A stretch of DNA of 64,000 bases from positions 12,745 through 76,744 of the forward strand of contig CAMBQP010000001.1 in NCBI GenBank assembly GCA_945869955.1, given 5' to 3'. Below are positions 10,361 to 20,325 of the stretch, piece by piece. Numbering within the stretch: the first letter of the stretch is position 1; every line of letters begins with the position of its first letter. The stretch is from Schlesneria paludicola DSM 18645 (GTDB taxonomy: Bacteria > Planctomycetota > Planctomycetia > Planctomycetales > Planctomycetaceae). A program made the position numbers and the translations under genes. Under the pieces are notes generated by a model. The model made no database searches. It was given only the letters and a program-made list of their open reading frames with translations, and was not told the origin of the DNA.

Positions 10361-11401
10361 ATGATTCAGATCGACGGGTCACAAGGGGAAGGGGGAGGAC
10401 AGATTGTTCGTTCCTCGCTGGCGCTGGCGCTGGTGACTGGTCGGGGGATGGCGATTGAAAAGTTGCGGGCAGGCCGTGCAAAACCCGGCCTGATGCGGCA
10501 GCATTTGACCGCCGTCCGCGCGGCCGCCGAGATCAGCCGGGCAGAAGTGACCGGAGATGTGATCGGTTCGTCTTCATTAACCTTTCGGCCCGGTCCCGTG
10601 ATTCCGGGTGAGTACCAATTCCGTGTCGGGACCGCAGGAAGTGCCACCCTGGTGCTGCAAACCGTGCTTCCGCCGCTCTTAATTGCAGACGGTCCCTCGA
10701 CATTGATCCTGGAAGGAGGGACACACAATCCTTGGGCACCCCCGTTCGATTTTTTATCGCGGGCCTATTTTCCCTTCATCAATCGCATGGGACCTCGTGT
10801 CTCGGGAACTCTCGAGCGGGCGGGATTCTATCCTGCCGGTGGTGGTCGTTTTGTCGTCGAAATCGAACCCGTTCGTCAACTAAAACCCTTTTCGGTGTTG
10901 GAACGTGGCCCGCTGCGACAGCAATCGGGACGAGTTATTTTCGCAAATCTCCCTGATCACATTGCCCAGCGCGAGGTCGAGGCATTGCAACGATTAACGG
11001 GGTGGGATCCCGCTTGTTTTACCGTCGAAAAAATCGATGGCATGGGACCGGGGAATGTCGTCGTGCTGGAACTCGAGTATGAGCAGGTCACCGAGGTCTT
11101 CTCCGGTTTTGGTGAACAAGGGATCCGTGCCGAGGAAGTTTCTCGTCGCGCCATCGACGCCATGCGGAAATACCTGGTTGCGGATGTCCCCGTCGGGCCC
11201 TACCTGGCCGATCAGCTGCTGTTATTGCTGGGGATTATGGCCTGGCAAACCGGAAAGAAAGGGGAGTTTCGTTCGGTCCCGTTGACGCGGCATTCGTCAA
11301 CTCAGGTCGACATTCTCGGTCAGTATCTCGGAGTCATCTCGACGGTGACACCAGATGAAAACTCAAAAAATGTCACCGTGACGGTCCATCTCGATCGATG
11401 A
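10361..11401 (+). CDS. rtcA: RNA 3'-terminal phosphate cyclase RtcA
   Basis: IDGSQGEGGGQIVRSSL, RAKPGLMRQH, GGTHNPWAP, GFYPAGGG, YLADQL; the adenylated His is retained in LTRHSSTQ. Confidence 0.95.
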   Translation: MIQIDGSQGEGGGQIVRSSLALALVTGRGMAIEKLRAGRAKPGLMRQHLTAVRAAAEISRAEVTGDVIGSSSLTFRPGPVIPGEYQFRVGTAGSATLVLQTVLPPLLIADGPSTLILEGGTHNPWAPPFDFLSRAYFPFINRMGPRVSGTLERAGFYPAGGGRFVVEIEPVRQLKPFSVLERGPLRQQSGRVIFANLPDHIAQREVEALQRLTGWDPACFTVEKIDGMGPGNVVVLELEYEQVTEVFSGFGEQGIRAEEVSRRAIDAMRKYLVADVPVGPYLADQLLLLLGIMAWQTGKKGEFRSVPLTRHSSTQVDILGQYLGVISTVTPDENSKNVTVTVHLDR

Positions 11402-11414
11402 TGCGGGTGCAAAC

Positions 11415-12371
11415 TCAAGCCCGCGTGGTTTCCTCTGCGATGCTGTACGAATCGGTCGTGCGGCTGCTGTAATGCACGATCAGTTCTGCGAGCAGTCCCA
11501 GCGAAATCGCCTGGGCACCCAGCAGGGTGGATGCGATCGAATAGGCCAGCATCGGCCGATTTCCGATCGGCTCGGGAGGCCAGACGGGGATCACATGCAT
11601 CAGCAACCAAACGCCAGCCAGATAGGTCAATCCGAGAAACCCCAATCCAAAGCCGACAAGACCAATTGCACCAAGCATGTGTTGGGGACGCTGCCCATAA
11701 CCGGTCAGGAAGGCCACGGTCATGAGGTCGAGAAAACCGCGGAGGAATCGGCGAATACCGTATTTGGACGAACCATGCTGCCGCGCCCGGTGATGGATCC
11801 CAATCTCGGTCACGCGGAATCCCCGCGCATTCGCCAGCACGGGAATAAATCGATGCAGTTCGCCGTAAATACGGATTTCTCGGGCGACTTCGACTTTGAA
11901 GAGTTTCATGCCGCAGTTGTGGTCGTGCAGCTTCAACCCCGTCAGCTTGCCGACCAGCCAATTAAAGACTTTGCTGGGGTAAACCTTATGCCACGGGTCC
12001 AACCGCTTGGTTTTCCAACCATTGACGACATCAAACCCTTCCTTCAATTTGGCGATGAATCGTGGAATCTCGGCGGGGTCATCCTGCAAGTCGGCATCGA
12101 GCATGCAAATGGAATCCCCGATCGCGCAGGACATTCCCGCAGTCAGCGCAGCCGCCTTACCAAAATTTCGGCGGAAACGGAGGCCCCGCACGCGGGGGTC
12201 AAAGCGGGCAAGTCGCTCGATTTCCTGCCATGAACCATCCCGTGAGCCGTCGTCTACAAAGATCACTTCGAGTTCGATCGTCTGTTCAGAGGCGACACGA
12301 ATGATTTGCGAGTGGAGTTCGACCAGGCTTTCGGCCTCGTTCAAGACCGGGATGATGATCGACAGCGTCAT
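11415..12371 (-). CDS. GT2 polyprenol-phosphate glycosyltransferase (ArnC/DPM1-like)
   Basis: [40 protein letters not shown], two C-terminal TM helices. Confidence 0.9.
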   Translation of the reverse strand: MTLSIIIPVLNEAESLVELHSQIIRVASEQTIELEVIFVDDGSRDGSWQEIERLARFDPRVRGLRFRRNFGKAAALTAGMSCAIGDSICMLDADLQDDPAEIPRFIAKLKEGFDVVNGWKTKRLDPWHKVYPSKVFNWLVGKLTGLKLHDHNCGMKLFKVEVAREIRIYGELHRFIPVLANARGFRVTEIGIHHRARQHGSSKYGIRRFLRGFLDLMTVAFLTGYGQRPQHMLGAIGLVGFGLGFLGLTYLAGVWLLMHVIPVWPPEPIGNRPMLAYSIASTLLGAQAISLGLLAELIVHYSSRTTDSYSIAEETTRA

Positions 12372-12440
12372 AAAGTACTCATCAGATTCACAGAGCGGAT
12401 CAATTACGGATGCGGGCAGATCGAAGGTTTCGGTTTCACA

Positions 12441-12827
12441 TCAATTCGCTGGCTTGGATTTGGGTTGAGTCGTCGTTTTGGCGGGGCTTCCGGGATTGGC
12501 GGCCTTTTCTTTCGCCAAATTCCCAGCCTTCCGTTTGGCGATTGCCGCTTCCCGAGCCTGTTTTTCCCGTTCGATTCGCAGCCGATTCGCCTTGGTATGG
12601 GCGTCTCGTTTCCGCTGTTCTTCCGCAGCCTCGGCGGCTGCCGCTTTTTGTTCAGCCTCTGCCATCGCCTTTTGCTCGGCCGCTTGCTGTTTCATCTGCT
12701 CCTGTTGAGCTCGGCGGGCTTGCGCCATCGCAGCACTTCGAATCGAGCCAAACACTTGAACGGGTCCGGCGAATAGGATCAAGACCATCACGATCGCGGT
12801 AAAATGATGAGCACAAAGTCGCTGCAT
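12441..12827 (-). CDS. Small secreted or membrane-anchored Ala/Glu/Lys-rich coiled-coil protein
   Basis: 128 aa with a hydrophobic N-terminus (FTAIVMVLILFAGPV) followed by the low-complexity helical region AEQKAMAEAEQKAAAAEAAEE; GGAGG-type SD upstream. Confidence 0.6.
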   Translation of the reverse strand: MQRLCAHHFTAIVMVLILFAGPVQVFGSIRSAAMAQARRAQQEQMKQQAAEQKAMAEAEQKAAAAEAAEEQRKRDAHTKANRLRIEREKQAREAAIAKRKAGNLAKEKAANPGSPAKTTTQPKSKPAN

Positions 12828-13305
12828 GATTCACTCAACCTCCAACATTGCCGGTCGATAACGCTTCGAGATTCACCAGATCTGCTCTGGAGCCCCTCAA
12901 CAGAACCAAACGGCCCTTCAAAAACTTCCGTGAAAATCACCTGATCACAGGCCCTTTTTCCCATCCCGACCGTATCTAGTTCTCTAATGTGATTCTACCC
13001 GATTTGCTGTCAGGGTGGCGAATTTTCTCGAAAATTCTTCCGGGACGATTGCGGAAAGTACGAGAAAATCCGGAACTCACTTGAAGTTCAGTCTCATCTG
13101 TAACATCCTGATTGAGCCTGACAACGGAAAGCTTTGATTTTGACGTGACCAGGCATGGCCCCGCGAGGGGAATTTTCCCGCAACCAACGGAAACTCCGGC
13201 GAGTTGCGAGTCGCCCGGCGTGATCTCGTTATTTTCAGAAACAGAAATCCTGTTCCCTCTTTCAGGGGGCAAACACTGACAAAACTGATAAAAGGACTTT
13301 CGTTC

Positions 13306-14331
13306 ATGGTGCTTCGACGGATCTGTTTGCCCCTCTTGTTTTCGTTCTTGCTGAATCTGTCTCCCGTTGTTGCTCGCGGGGCCGATCCCGTGCGACTGAT
13401 TTTTGATACAGATATCGGTAACGATGTCGATGATGTCCTCGCGCTCGGCATGATTCATTCTTTACAGTCTCGCGGAGCATGCCAATTGCTGGCCGTGACG
13501 ATCTCAAAAGATAGCGAACTCGCCGGTCCGTTTGTCGATGCCATCAATACGTTCTATCATCGCGGGACAACGCCGATCGGAGTTGTGCGGCCGGGTAAGA
13601 CACCCGAACCAGGGAAATTCCTGCCGATGGCGGCCGAAATGGAAAAAGGTCAGTTTCGCTATCCCCATAAACTGCTCAGCAGCAAGGATGCTCCCGAAGC
13701 GGTGAACCTGATGCGCAAGCTACTGGCCGCCGAATCCGACAATTCTGTCAGTATCGCTCAGGTTGGCTTCTCGACAAATCTGGCGAGATTACTCGATACT
13801 AAACCGGATGCCTCATCGCCGCTCAACGGACGAGAATTGGTCGCAAAAAAGGTCAAACTGCTTTCGGTGATGGCCGGAGCCTTTAAAACGATTGATGGCA
13901 ACCCCCATTATTGTGAATACAACGTGGTGCAGGATATCGAGAACTGCCGCAAGCTGGCCGAAGAATGGCCGACAGCGGTCGTTTGGAGCGGATTCGAAAT
14001 CGGGATTGCAGTCCCCTATCCCGGCGAAAGTATCGTGAAAGATTACAACTATGTCGTGGATCATCCCGTGGCCGAATCATACCGTCGCTACGAAGCCCCG
14101 CCGCATAACCGTCCCACCTGGGACTTGACCAGTGTCCTGTATGCCGTTCACCCGGATCGCGGATACTTTGATCTGTCTCCTCCCGGAAAAATCCTTGTCG
14201 AGGCGGACGGGTTCACCAAGTTTATTCCCGAAGCGGAAGGGAAGCATCGCTATCTGATTCTGACCGAACAACAGCTTCCACGCGTGCTGGAGTCACTGGT
14301 GCAACTCTCGAGCCAGCCACCGTCAAAATAG
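13306..14331 (+). CDS. Secreted nucleoside hydrolase (IUNH) family protein
   Basis: DTDIGNDVDD motif, MAGAF, EYNV, PTWD; signal peptide; AAAGGA SD before the ATG at 13306. Confidence 0.9.
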   Translation: MVLRRICLPLLFSFLLNLSPVVARGADPVRLIFDTDIGNDVDDVLALGMIHSLQSRGACQLLAVTISKDSELAGPFVDAINTFYHRGTTPIGVVRPGKTPEPGKFLPMAAEMEKGQFRYPHKLLSSKDAPEAVNLMRKLLAAESDNSVSIAQVGFSTNLARLLDTKPDASSPLNGRELVAKKVKLLSVMAGAFKTIDGNPHYCEYNVVQDIENCRKLAEEWPTAVVWSGFEIGIAVPYPGESIVKDYNYVVDHPVAESYRRYEAPPHNRPTWDLTSVLYAVHPDRGYFDLSPPGKILVEADGFTKFIPEAEGKHRYLILTEQQLPRVLESLVQLSSQPPSK

Positions 14332-14415
14332 GTGACATCGCCAACGTCATGAATCACTTTCCAGATACTGATTTTCCGTTACGTTGATCGACCTTTTCCC
14401 GGAAAGAGCAGCTCA

Positions 14416-15540
14416 ATGCCAATTCCCGCCGAATCCGTTTCACGCCGTCAATTTCTCTCCACCGCAGTCGTCACCACCGCAGCGGTCACCTCGGCTGCGA
14501 TCCTCGGAGCTCCGATGGTCTCGACCGCCAGCAAAACGGATAAGCCGCTGATCGTGGGTGAGGGGGAATATCAGTACGAAGTGCAACACGAATGGCCCCA
14601 GTTACCCGAACAATTCAGCTGGCAAACGACGCATAACGTTGCGGTCGACAAGTCGGGGAATCTCTACGTGATTCACGAGGGACGAGCGGATCTCAAGGAT
14701 CATCCCTCGATCTTCGTCTTCGATTCCGAAGGGAAATACATTCGTTCATTCGGAGCCCAATTTCAGGGGGGAGGGCACGGGATCGAGATTCGTGAAGAAG
14801 GGAGCCAAGAGTTCCTGTATGTCTGTGCGTACCAACACCTGAAAACCTTCGCCAAAATGGATTTGAAAGGGGGAATTGTCTGGCAGCAGTACGCCCCCAT
14901 GGAATCCGGTGTTTATGCACCCGGGGAAAACACGAGACCTGAAGACCGACCTGAACCAACCAAGGTCTGGGGCTCCGATCGATTTTTACCGACCAATTTC
15001 GCTTTCCTGGAGGATGGCGGGTTTCTCTTGATCGACGGTTATGGTGCGTCTTACGTACACCGTTACGATCGAAACGCCAAATGGGTCAGTTGTTTTGGTG
15101 GTGTCGGAGAAGGGGAAGGAAAGTTTGCCACGCCACATGGTGTCTGGGTCGATCAGCGGGCCGGTCGTACACCCTCCATCGTTGTTTGTGATCGAGCTCA
15201 TCACTCCCTGCAATATTTCACGATGGAAGGGAAATATCTCGAAACACTGAAGGGCTATGGCCTTCCCGCAAATGCGGAGACCTGGAAGAACCTGATGGTT
15301 GTCCCCGAGTTGCATGCACGGGTCACGCTGCTCAACGAGAAAAACGAAGTCGTCGCCAGACTGGGTGATGACGTGGCCCGCGTCACCTCGGACAAGTTCA
15401 CCATTCGCGGTGATAAAACCAAGTGGCAAAACGGCAAATTCGTGCATCCCCACGATGCCTGCTTTGCCGCCGACGGCAGTCTGTTTGTCGCCGAATGGGT
15501 CGGAACAGGGCGTATTTCCAAACTGAAACGGCTCACCTGA
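14416..15540 (+). CDS. Tat-exported NHL-repeat beta-propeller protein (peptidyl-alpha-hydroxyglycine lyase-like)
   Basis: SRRQFL twin-arginine signal; NHL repeats THNVAVDKSGNLYV, FATPHGVWVD, FVHPHDACF...FVAEW. Confidence 0.8.
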   Translation: MPIPAESVSRRQFLSTAVVTTAAVTSAAILGAPMVSTASKTDKPLIVGEGEYQYEVQHEWPQLPEQFSWQTTHNVAVDKSGNLYVIHEGRADLKDHPSIFVFDSEGKYIRSFGAQFQGGGHGIEIREEGSQEFLYVCAYQHLKTFAKMDLKGGIVWQQYAPMESGVYAPGENTRPEDRPEPTKVWGSDRFLPTNFAFLEDGGFLLIDGYGASYVHRYDRNAKWVSCFGGVGEGEGKFATPHGVWVDQRAGRTPSIVVCDRAHHSLQYFTMEGKYLETLKGYGLPANAETWKNLMVVPELHARVTLLNEKNEVVARLGDDVARVTSDKFTIRGDKTKWQNGKFVHPHDACFAADGSLFVAEWVGTGRISKLKRLT

Positions 15541-15660
15541 TCCCTATGACCTTGGCGCCATCACGTTTTTGTCTGCGTGTGATGAAAGCTTGAGCCTGCA
15601 GAGGCTCAGGCCTCATCCAACATCTGTTTTTGATTCCTCCTGATTTGACGAACGAGCAGC

Positions 15661-16776
15661 ATGGATTCCAAGTACGCAATTGCCGACACCTCAACGATTT
15701 TTTCCCCCGCACTGCTCGTTTATCGCGAGATTGTCATCCGCAATCTGCAAAAGATGATTCAGATCGCGGGAAACGTTTCGCAATTACGACCGCATTGTAA
15801 GACCCACAAGATGCCGGCCGTAACCAGGATTGAATTGGAAATGGGGATCACCAAACATAAGTGCGCGACCTTCGCCGAAGCGGAAATGCTCGCCGATTGT
15901 GGCGTGAAAGATCTCTTTCTGGCCTACAACCTTGTCGGTCCGAATATTGGACGGGCGGTGCGGTTCCTGCAGGCCTTTCCCGGTGTTCAACTGGCGGTCA
16001 CCGCCGACGATCCACTGATGATTGCCGAACTCAGCCACGCCATGTCTGCGGCCAATCAAACGATACGCGTCTTGCTGGATCTGGATACGGGTCTGCATCG
16101 GACGGGAGTCGTTCCCGGTCCGCAGGGGGCAGAACTGTATCAACAAATTATCGACTCACCCGGACTCGAACCGGGGGGCTTCCATCTGTATGACGGCCAC
16201 AACCATCAGACCGATTTGCACGAACGAACCGTGGCGGTCACAGCCGGGTGGGAAATGGCAGCAGGGTTGCGCGATGATTTTGTTCGGCGTGGGTGGAGTG
16301 TCCCCGCAATTGTTTGCGGCGGGACCGGTTCGTTTCCGGTCTTTGCCCAACTTCAGGATCCAGTAATTGAACTCGCCCCCGGAACGTGCGTCTTCCATGA
16401 TTCGGGTTATGGATCCGCATTTCCCGATATGGACTTTGAGCCGGCCGTCGTGATGCTGACACGTGTGATCAGTCGTCCCTCTCCGGACCGGTTGACTTGT
16501 GATCTCGGCAACAAGTCGGTTGCTTCGGATCCTCCCAAGGGTCAACGCGTCTTCTTTCCGGACCTTCCCGATGCGGTCCAGGTCCTGCACAACGAAGAGC
16601 ATCTGGTGCTACAGACCCCGCTGGCAGAACGATACCAACCAGGGGACGAGCTGTATGCAATTCCCAGGCATGTTTGTCCCACCTCGGCTCTGCATCGGCA
16701 GGCGTACGTCATTGACGGTGGCAAACTGGTGGAAATGTGGGACGTCACCGCCCGTGATCGCTTTTTAACGATCTAG
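15661..16776 (+). CDS. D-TA family PLP-dependent enzyme (D-threonine aldolase/D-serine dehydratase-like, fold type III)
   Basis: RPHCKTHK (PLP lysine), LDTGLHRTG, YDGH, GGTG, DLGNKS, NEEH, PRHVCPT. Confidence 0.9.
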   Translation: MDSKYAIADTSTIFSPALLVYREIVIRNLQKMIQIAGNVSQLRPHCKTHKMPAVTRIELEMGITKHKCATFAEAEMLADCGVKDLFLAYNLVGPNIGRAVRFLQAFPGVQLAVTADDPLMIAELSHAMSAANQTIRVLLDLDTGLHRTGVVPGPQGAELYQQIIDSPGLEPGGFHLYDGHNHQTDLHERTVAVTAGWEMAAGLRDDFVRRGWSVPAIVCGGTGSFPVFAQLQDPVIELAPGTCVFHDSGYGSAFPDMDFEPAVVMLTRVISRPSPDRLTCDLGNKSVASDPPKGQRVFFPDLPDAVQVLHNEEHLVLQTPLAERYQPGDELYAIPRHVCPTSALHRQAYVIDGGKLVEMWDVTARDRFLTI

Positions 16777-16815
16777 CCGATTCCGAGTTTGCGACGATCG
16801 GCAAGTGAGGGGATT

Positions 16816-18654
16816 TCAACTCCCAACCACCAGCTTCCACTGAATGAAAATCACGCTGAACCAAAAGTAAGCCGAAAAGGAGATCGCTGCGCAGGCCAGG
16901 TCAATCACTGGCCACCAGCGGCGAGGTGTGGTAAGAAACATGGCCGCGACCGCAGCGACCGCAAAGGCAGGCAGAAACCCGATCAGAAAGCTCCACTCGA
17001 TCGCATAGCCCAGGCCACGGCACAAATGGAAATACAGCAGACAAACGCCGATGAATAACAGGCCAGCGCCGCGGGAAAACCAGCGGCGGCGTTTCCGGTC
17101 TGGGCTTTTTTCCGTACTCGTAATGACGTTCAACGTCAATTGAAATGCGGCCCAGAGTACCAGCGGCCATAACAAGATATAATCCGACTGCCGCGCGTTG
17201 ATGATCGGACTTCCAAGTCCTCCGCAGAGTACGACGGTGATCCAAAAAAATGTGCGGCTGGCGTGGGGCGTCAATCGTCCGGCGTTCAACGAAACGATGG
17301 CGATCCCTGTTCCCAATACGATTCCGGCCAGACTCCAGAGATACCAACTCAGGAATTCTTTCCCCTCTGGAACCGTCGCCGGAAATTCTCGCTCACCTCC
17401 AATCAGCCATTGTGCATCAAAAGCACGCCCACGAGGAATGTTTTGGACCGATTTCACCGGCTGCGTCGAGACCAGCGGAGCGGCACCCAGGTAAATCGCT
17501 GCGGCTCGAGTTTGTGTTCGTAGAAAGACAGCGCCCCGATGCAGCGCGGGATAGGTCCAGCAGATCTCATCTCGAAAAACCTGCGTTCGCGCCAACTCAA
17601 CGTATTCGTCGGTTCCCAACCGAGCGAGAATCAGTTCACCACTGTCGGTAAACAGAATCAGCTTGTGATCCGCCACAATCAAATTCGCTTGCCCTACCCG
17701 ATTCGTGGACCAGATGACTCGCCCCGTTGCAAAATCAAGGCAGCGAAATTCTCCACGCGAAGGACGGTCCTGTCGCGATTGCGGATCTTTCAAATCAAAT
17801 CCGTAAATCCGGCCATCGACCAACAGACTCGAGGCAATATCATTCGAAAACTTCGCCGATTCCCAGACTAACCGAGGCTCGTGCCGTTGTTCGGGCTCTG
17901 ACGAATTATCATCCTTGTTCGGAACGACGGAGGCCGTTTCGGTCGGCCACTTTCTCACCGTGGCCTTTCCCTCGGTTCTGTCCTGCTGTTCATCGAGAAC
18001 TCCGCTGGTACGGGAATGATCTTGCGAGTTTGATCGAGTCGAACGGCTGGCCATCGAGGCTACCGAATCCGAGGAATCCGGCTCACCGCTTAACCGATAA
18101 CATTTTGCCCCCGCCCGGAAGGGGGATGCCGTGAACAGAAACGGTTCCTGATACAGCGGTGCGGCCGAATGTTCATCGTAGCCCTGTGAAAAATCGAGCT
18201 CCCAGACCTGCCGTCCGGAATGGACGTCAAACGCGGCCAGCGTGTTTTCCAGTGGCGTAATCACCAGCGACTGATCGCGCCAGCGAATCGGCAGTGGTGT
18301 CGCATAGCTGGCCGAGGTGTCCCCCGAAGCCCAGAGGGTCGAACCGTCGCGAATGTCGAGTGCCACCACGCTGGAGTTACGCCCACCGACCGGAAGAATC
18401 AGTCGTCCCTCCACGATCACGGGTGAAGCCGCATATCCAAAATCGGTCCCTTGACCCCGATGCGTTTTTTTGGGGTTACAAGACCAGACGCGGGTCCCAT
18501 CGACCGCTTTCAGGCACGTCACGCTGCCATCCGGTGCGGAAAAATAGAGGTGTCCCTCATGCCAGGTTGGCGTGCTGCGAGGACCCGGATACAGCCCGCC
18601 CCCTTCATAAGGCCAGCCATAATGATGGGTCCAGATCGCTTTGATGCGGGACAT
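16816..18654 (-). CDS. PQQ-like beta-propeller protein with a C-terminal multi-TM domain; probably 5'-truncated
   Basis: PQQ_2-type repeats (GPRSTPTW, GYAASPVIV, ASYATP, CWTYPAL) and about six C-terminal hydrophobic helices. The ORF starts mid-blade with no signal peptide, just below the lhgO stop codon. Confidence 0.75.
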   Translation of the reverse strand: MSRIKAIWTHHYGWPYEGGGLYPGPRSTPTWHEGHLYFSAPDGSVTCLKAVDGTRVWSCNPKKTHRGQGTDFGYAASPVIVEGRLILPVGGRNSSVVALDIRDGSTLWASGDTSASYATPLPIRWRDQSLVITPLENTLAAFDVHSGRQVWELDFSQGYDEHSAAPLYQEPFLFTASPFRAGAKCYRLSGEPDSSDSVASMASRSTRSNSQDHSRTSGVLDEQQDRTEGKATVRKWPTETASVVPNKDDNSSEPEQRHEPRLVWESAKFSNDIASSLLVDGRIYGFDLKDPQSRQDRPSRGEFRCLDFATGRVIWSTNRVGQANLIVADHKLILFTDSGELILARLGTDEYVELARTQVFRDEICWTYPALHRGAVFLRTQTRAAAIYLGAAPLVSTQPVKSVQNIPRGRAFDAQWLIGGEREFPATVPEGKEFLSWYLWSLAGIVLGTGIAIVSLNAGRLTPHASRTFFWITVVLCGGLGSPIINARQSDYILLWPLVLWAAFQLTLNVITSTEKSPDRKRRRWFSRGAGLLFIGVCLLYFHLCRGLGYAIEWSFLIGFLPAFAVAAVAAMFLTTPRRWWPVIDLACAAISFSAYFWFSVIFIQWKLVVGS

Positions 18655-18686
18655 AACAACCCTGACGTCATGCCTGATCGGATTGG

Positions 18687-18705
18687 GAACGGCTCTTGAC
18701 CGTTC
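18687..18705 (-). terminator. 6-bp stem hairpin overlapping the lhgO stop codon (possible weak terminator)
   Basis: GAACGG-N7-CCGTTC (18687-18692 / 18700-18705); no U-tract follows on the minus strand. Confidence 0.3.
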
Positions 18706-19900
18706 AAAAGCGGGGAGCCAATTTATCAACAATCAATTGACCGATATTCAGCGAGGCGGTTGCGGCCGGTGACGGGGCATTGCAGACATTGACCACCAGA
18801 TCGTTTTCCTGGATCAGAAAATCATCCACCAGGTTTCCTTCCCTGGTGAGTGCCTGGGCTCGCACACCCGCCGGTGCCGGGACGAGGTGCTCGGCCTGAA
18901 CTTCCGGGACCAGTCGCTGTAGCGCCGACACAAATGCGGCTTTGCTGAAGGAACGATACATTTCGTTCCAGCCCGCCCGCCAATGCCGCCAGGCCATCCG
19001 CAAAAAACCAGGATAAGTCAGCGATTCGAGCGTGTCGAACAGGTTGAAACTGGTCTTGTGATAACCCTCACGGGCAAACGAGAAGACCGCATTCGGACCA
19101 CACTCGACACCCCCATGAATCATCCGGGTAAAATGAACGCCGAGAAAAGGAAAATCGGGATCAGGGACCGGATAGATGAGACCGCGGCAAAGATGTTGTG
19201 CCGAAGGCTTGAGCTCGAAGTACTCACCACGGAACGGAACAATCTGTGCATTGGGCCGAACTCCCGAAAGCCAGGCGACCCGATCGCTTTGCAGGCCTGC
19301 ACAGTTCACCACCAACCGGCTCTCGATTTCTCCTGCAGCATTCTGAACCACCATCCGTTTCTCATGACGAAACATCCCCGTTACCCGGGCATTCATCTTG
19401 ATTTCGCCACCCATAGCCTTGACCCGTTCAGCGATTCGTTCTGCCACCTGCCGATAATCGACGATCCCCGCGTCGGGAACATGAATCGCCTGCACCCCGA
19501 TCACGTGGGGCTCGATCTCTTTCAACCGTTCCGGGCCGATTCGTTCGCAGCGAATGTCGTTGGCCAAACCCCGCTCATAAATTCGTTCCAACTGCGCAAT
19601 CTCGCTCGCATTCACTGCAACAATCACCTTGCCACAACGGTCAAACGGGATGTTTTCCTGCTGACAGAAGGCTTCCATCGCGAGTTTTCCCTCACGGCAA
19701 TTCGTCGCCCGCAGTGAACCGGGACGGTAATAGATCCCCGAATGAAGCACGCCGGAATTATGCCCCGTTTGGTGTTGAGCCACCTCGCGCTCTTTCTCCA
19801 GAATCGTCACTTTGCGACCGGGGTAGCGTTCGAGTAAGCGATATGCCGTCGCCAGTCCAACAATCCCTCCGCCGATGATAACAACGTCTGCTTGCTGCAT
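18704..19900 (-). CDS. lhgO: L-2-hydroxyglutarate oxidase (FAD-dependent)
   Basis: IIGGGIVG FAD motif, HQTGHNSGVLHSG, IVPFRGEY, IYPVPDPDFPFLGVHFT, GPNAV, AGVRAQA, NAPSPAATASL. The ATG at 19900 fits the family start. Confidence 0.92.
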   Translation of the reverse strand: MQQADVVIIGGGIVGLATAYRLLERYPGRKVTILEKEREVAQHQTGHNSGVLHSGIYYRPGSLRATNCREGKLAMEAFCQQENIPFDRCGKVIVAVNASEIAQLERIYERGLANDIRCERIGPERLKEIEPHVIGVQAIHVPDAGIVDYRQVAERIAERVKAMGGEIKMNARVTGMFRHEKRMVVQNAAGEIESRLVVNCAGLQSDRVAWLSGVRPNAQIVPFRGEYFELKPSAQHLCRGLIYPVPDPDFPFLGVHFTRMIHGGVECGPNAVFSFAREGYHKTSFNLFDTLESLTYPGFLRMAWRHWRAGWNEMYRSFSKAAFVSALQRLVPEVQAEHLVPAPAGVRAQALTREGNLVDDFLIQENDLVVNVCNAPSPAATASLNIGQLIVDKLAPRF

Positions 19901-20325
19901 TTGAGATCCTGAATTCCTGCGAACCGATTCGGCAACGAAAAGTGGACGGCTAAACCACTCGCGCCAGTAAACCATTCGCTTCAGTATAGTCCACCTGAAT
20001 CACCCAGGGTAACTCTCGCGGCGACGGATCGATCCTGGTCCTGAAGAAAAACCACTGCAAGCAACTCGCCATCCGATTTCAGAAAAGTGGACCATCGGAC
20101 CCAACCAGCGGAGTCCTCAGACTGGTCGGCGAGCGACGCACGCAATTCCTCTCGCCGTGCGGTCGTGTTCATGTCATGGACTCGTCATCCCAACCCGCCA
20201 ACAGGCTCTTTAGCCGATCGCTGACGCGACATCGCGTTTGGCTGCGCTCATTGATTCCACGAGAACGAGATTTTCCCATCGACGGATGAATCCATCAATG
20301 CCGAGACACGAACCGCTCTCGCTAC

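Noticed and set aside
11188-11300. Apparent loss of the RtcA catalytic His (YLADQ instead of HLADQ)
   Set aside because: As recalled, E. coli RtcA also has YLADQ, and the adenylated His lies downstream; it is present here (LTRHSSTQ).
19981-20172. 63-aa ORF upstream of lhgO
   Set aside because: Too short, with no motif or convincing SD; it cannot be supported without homology evidence.
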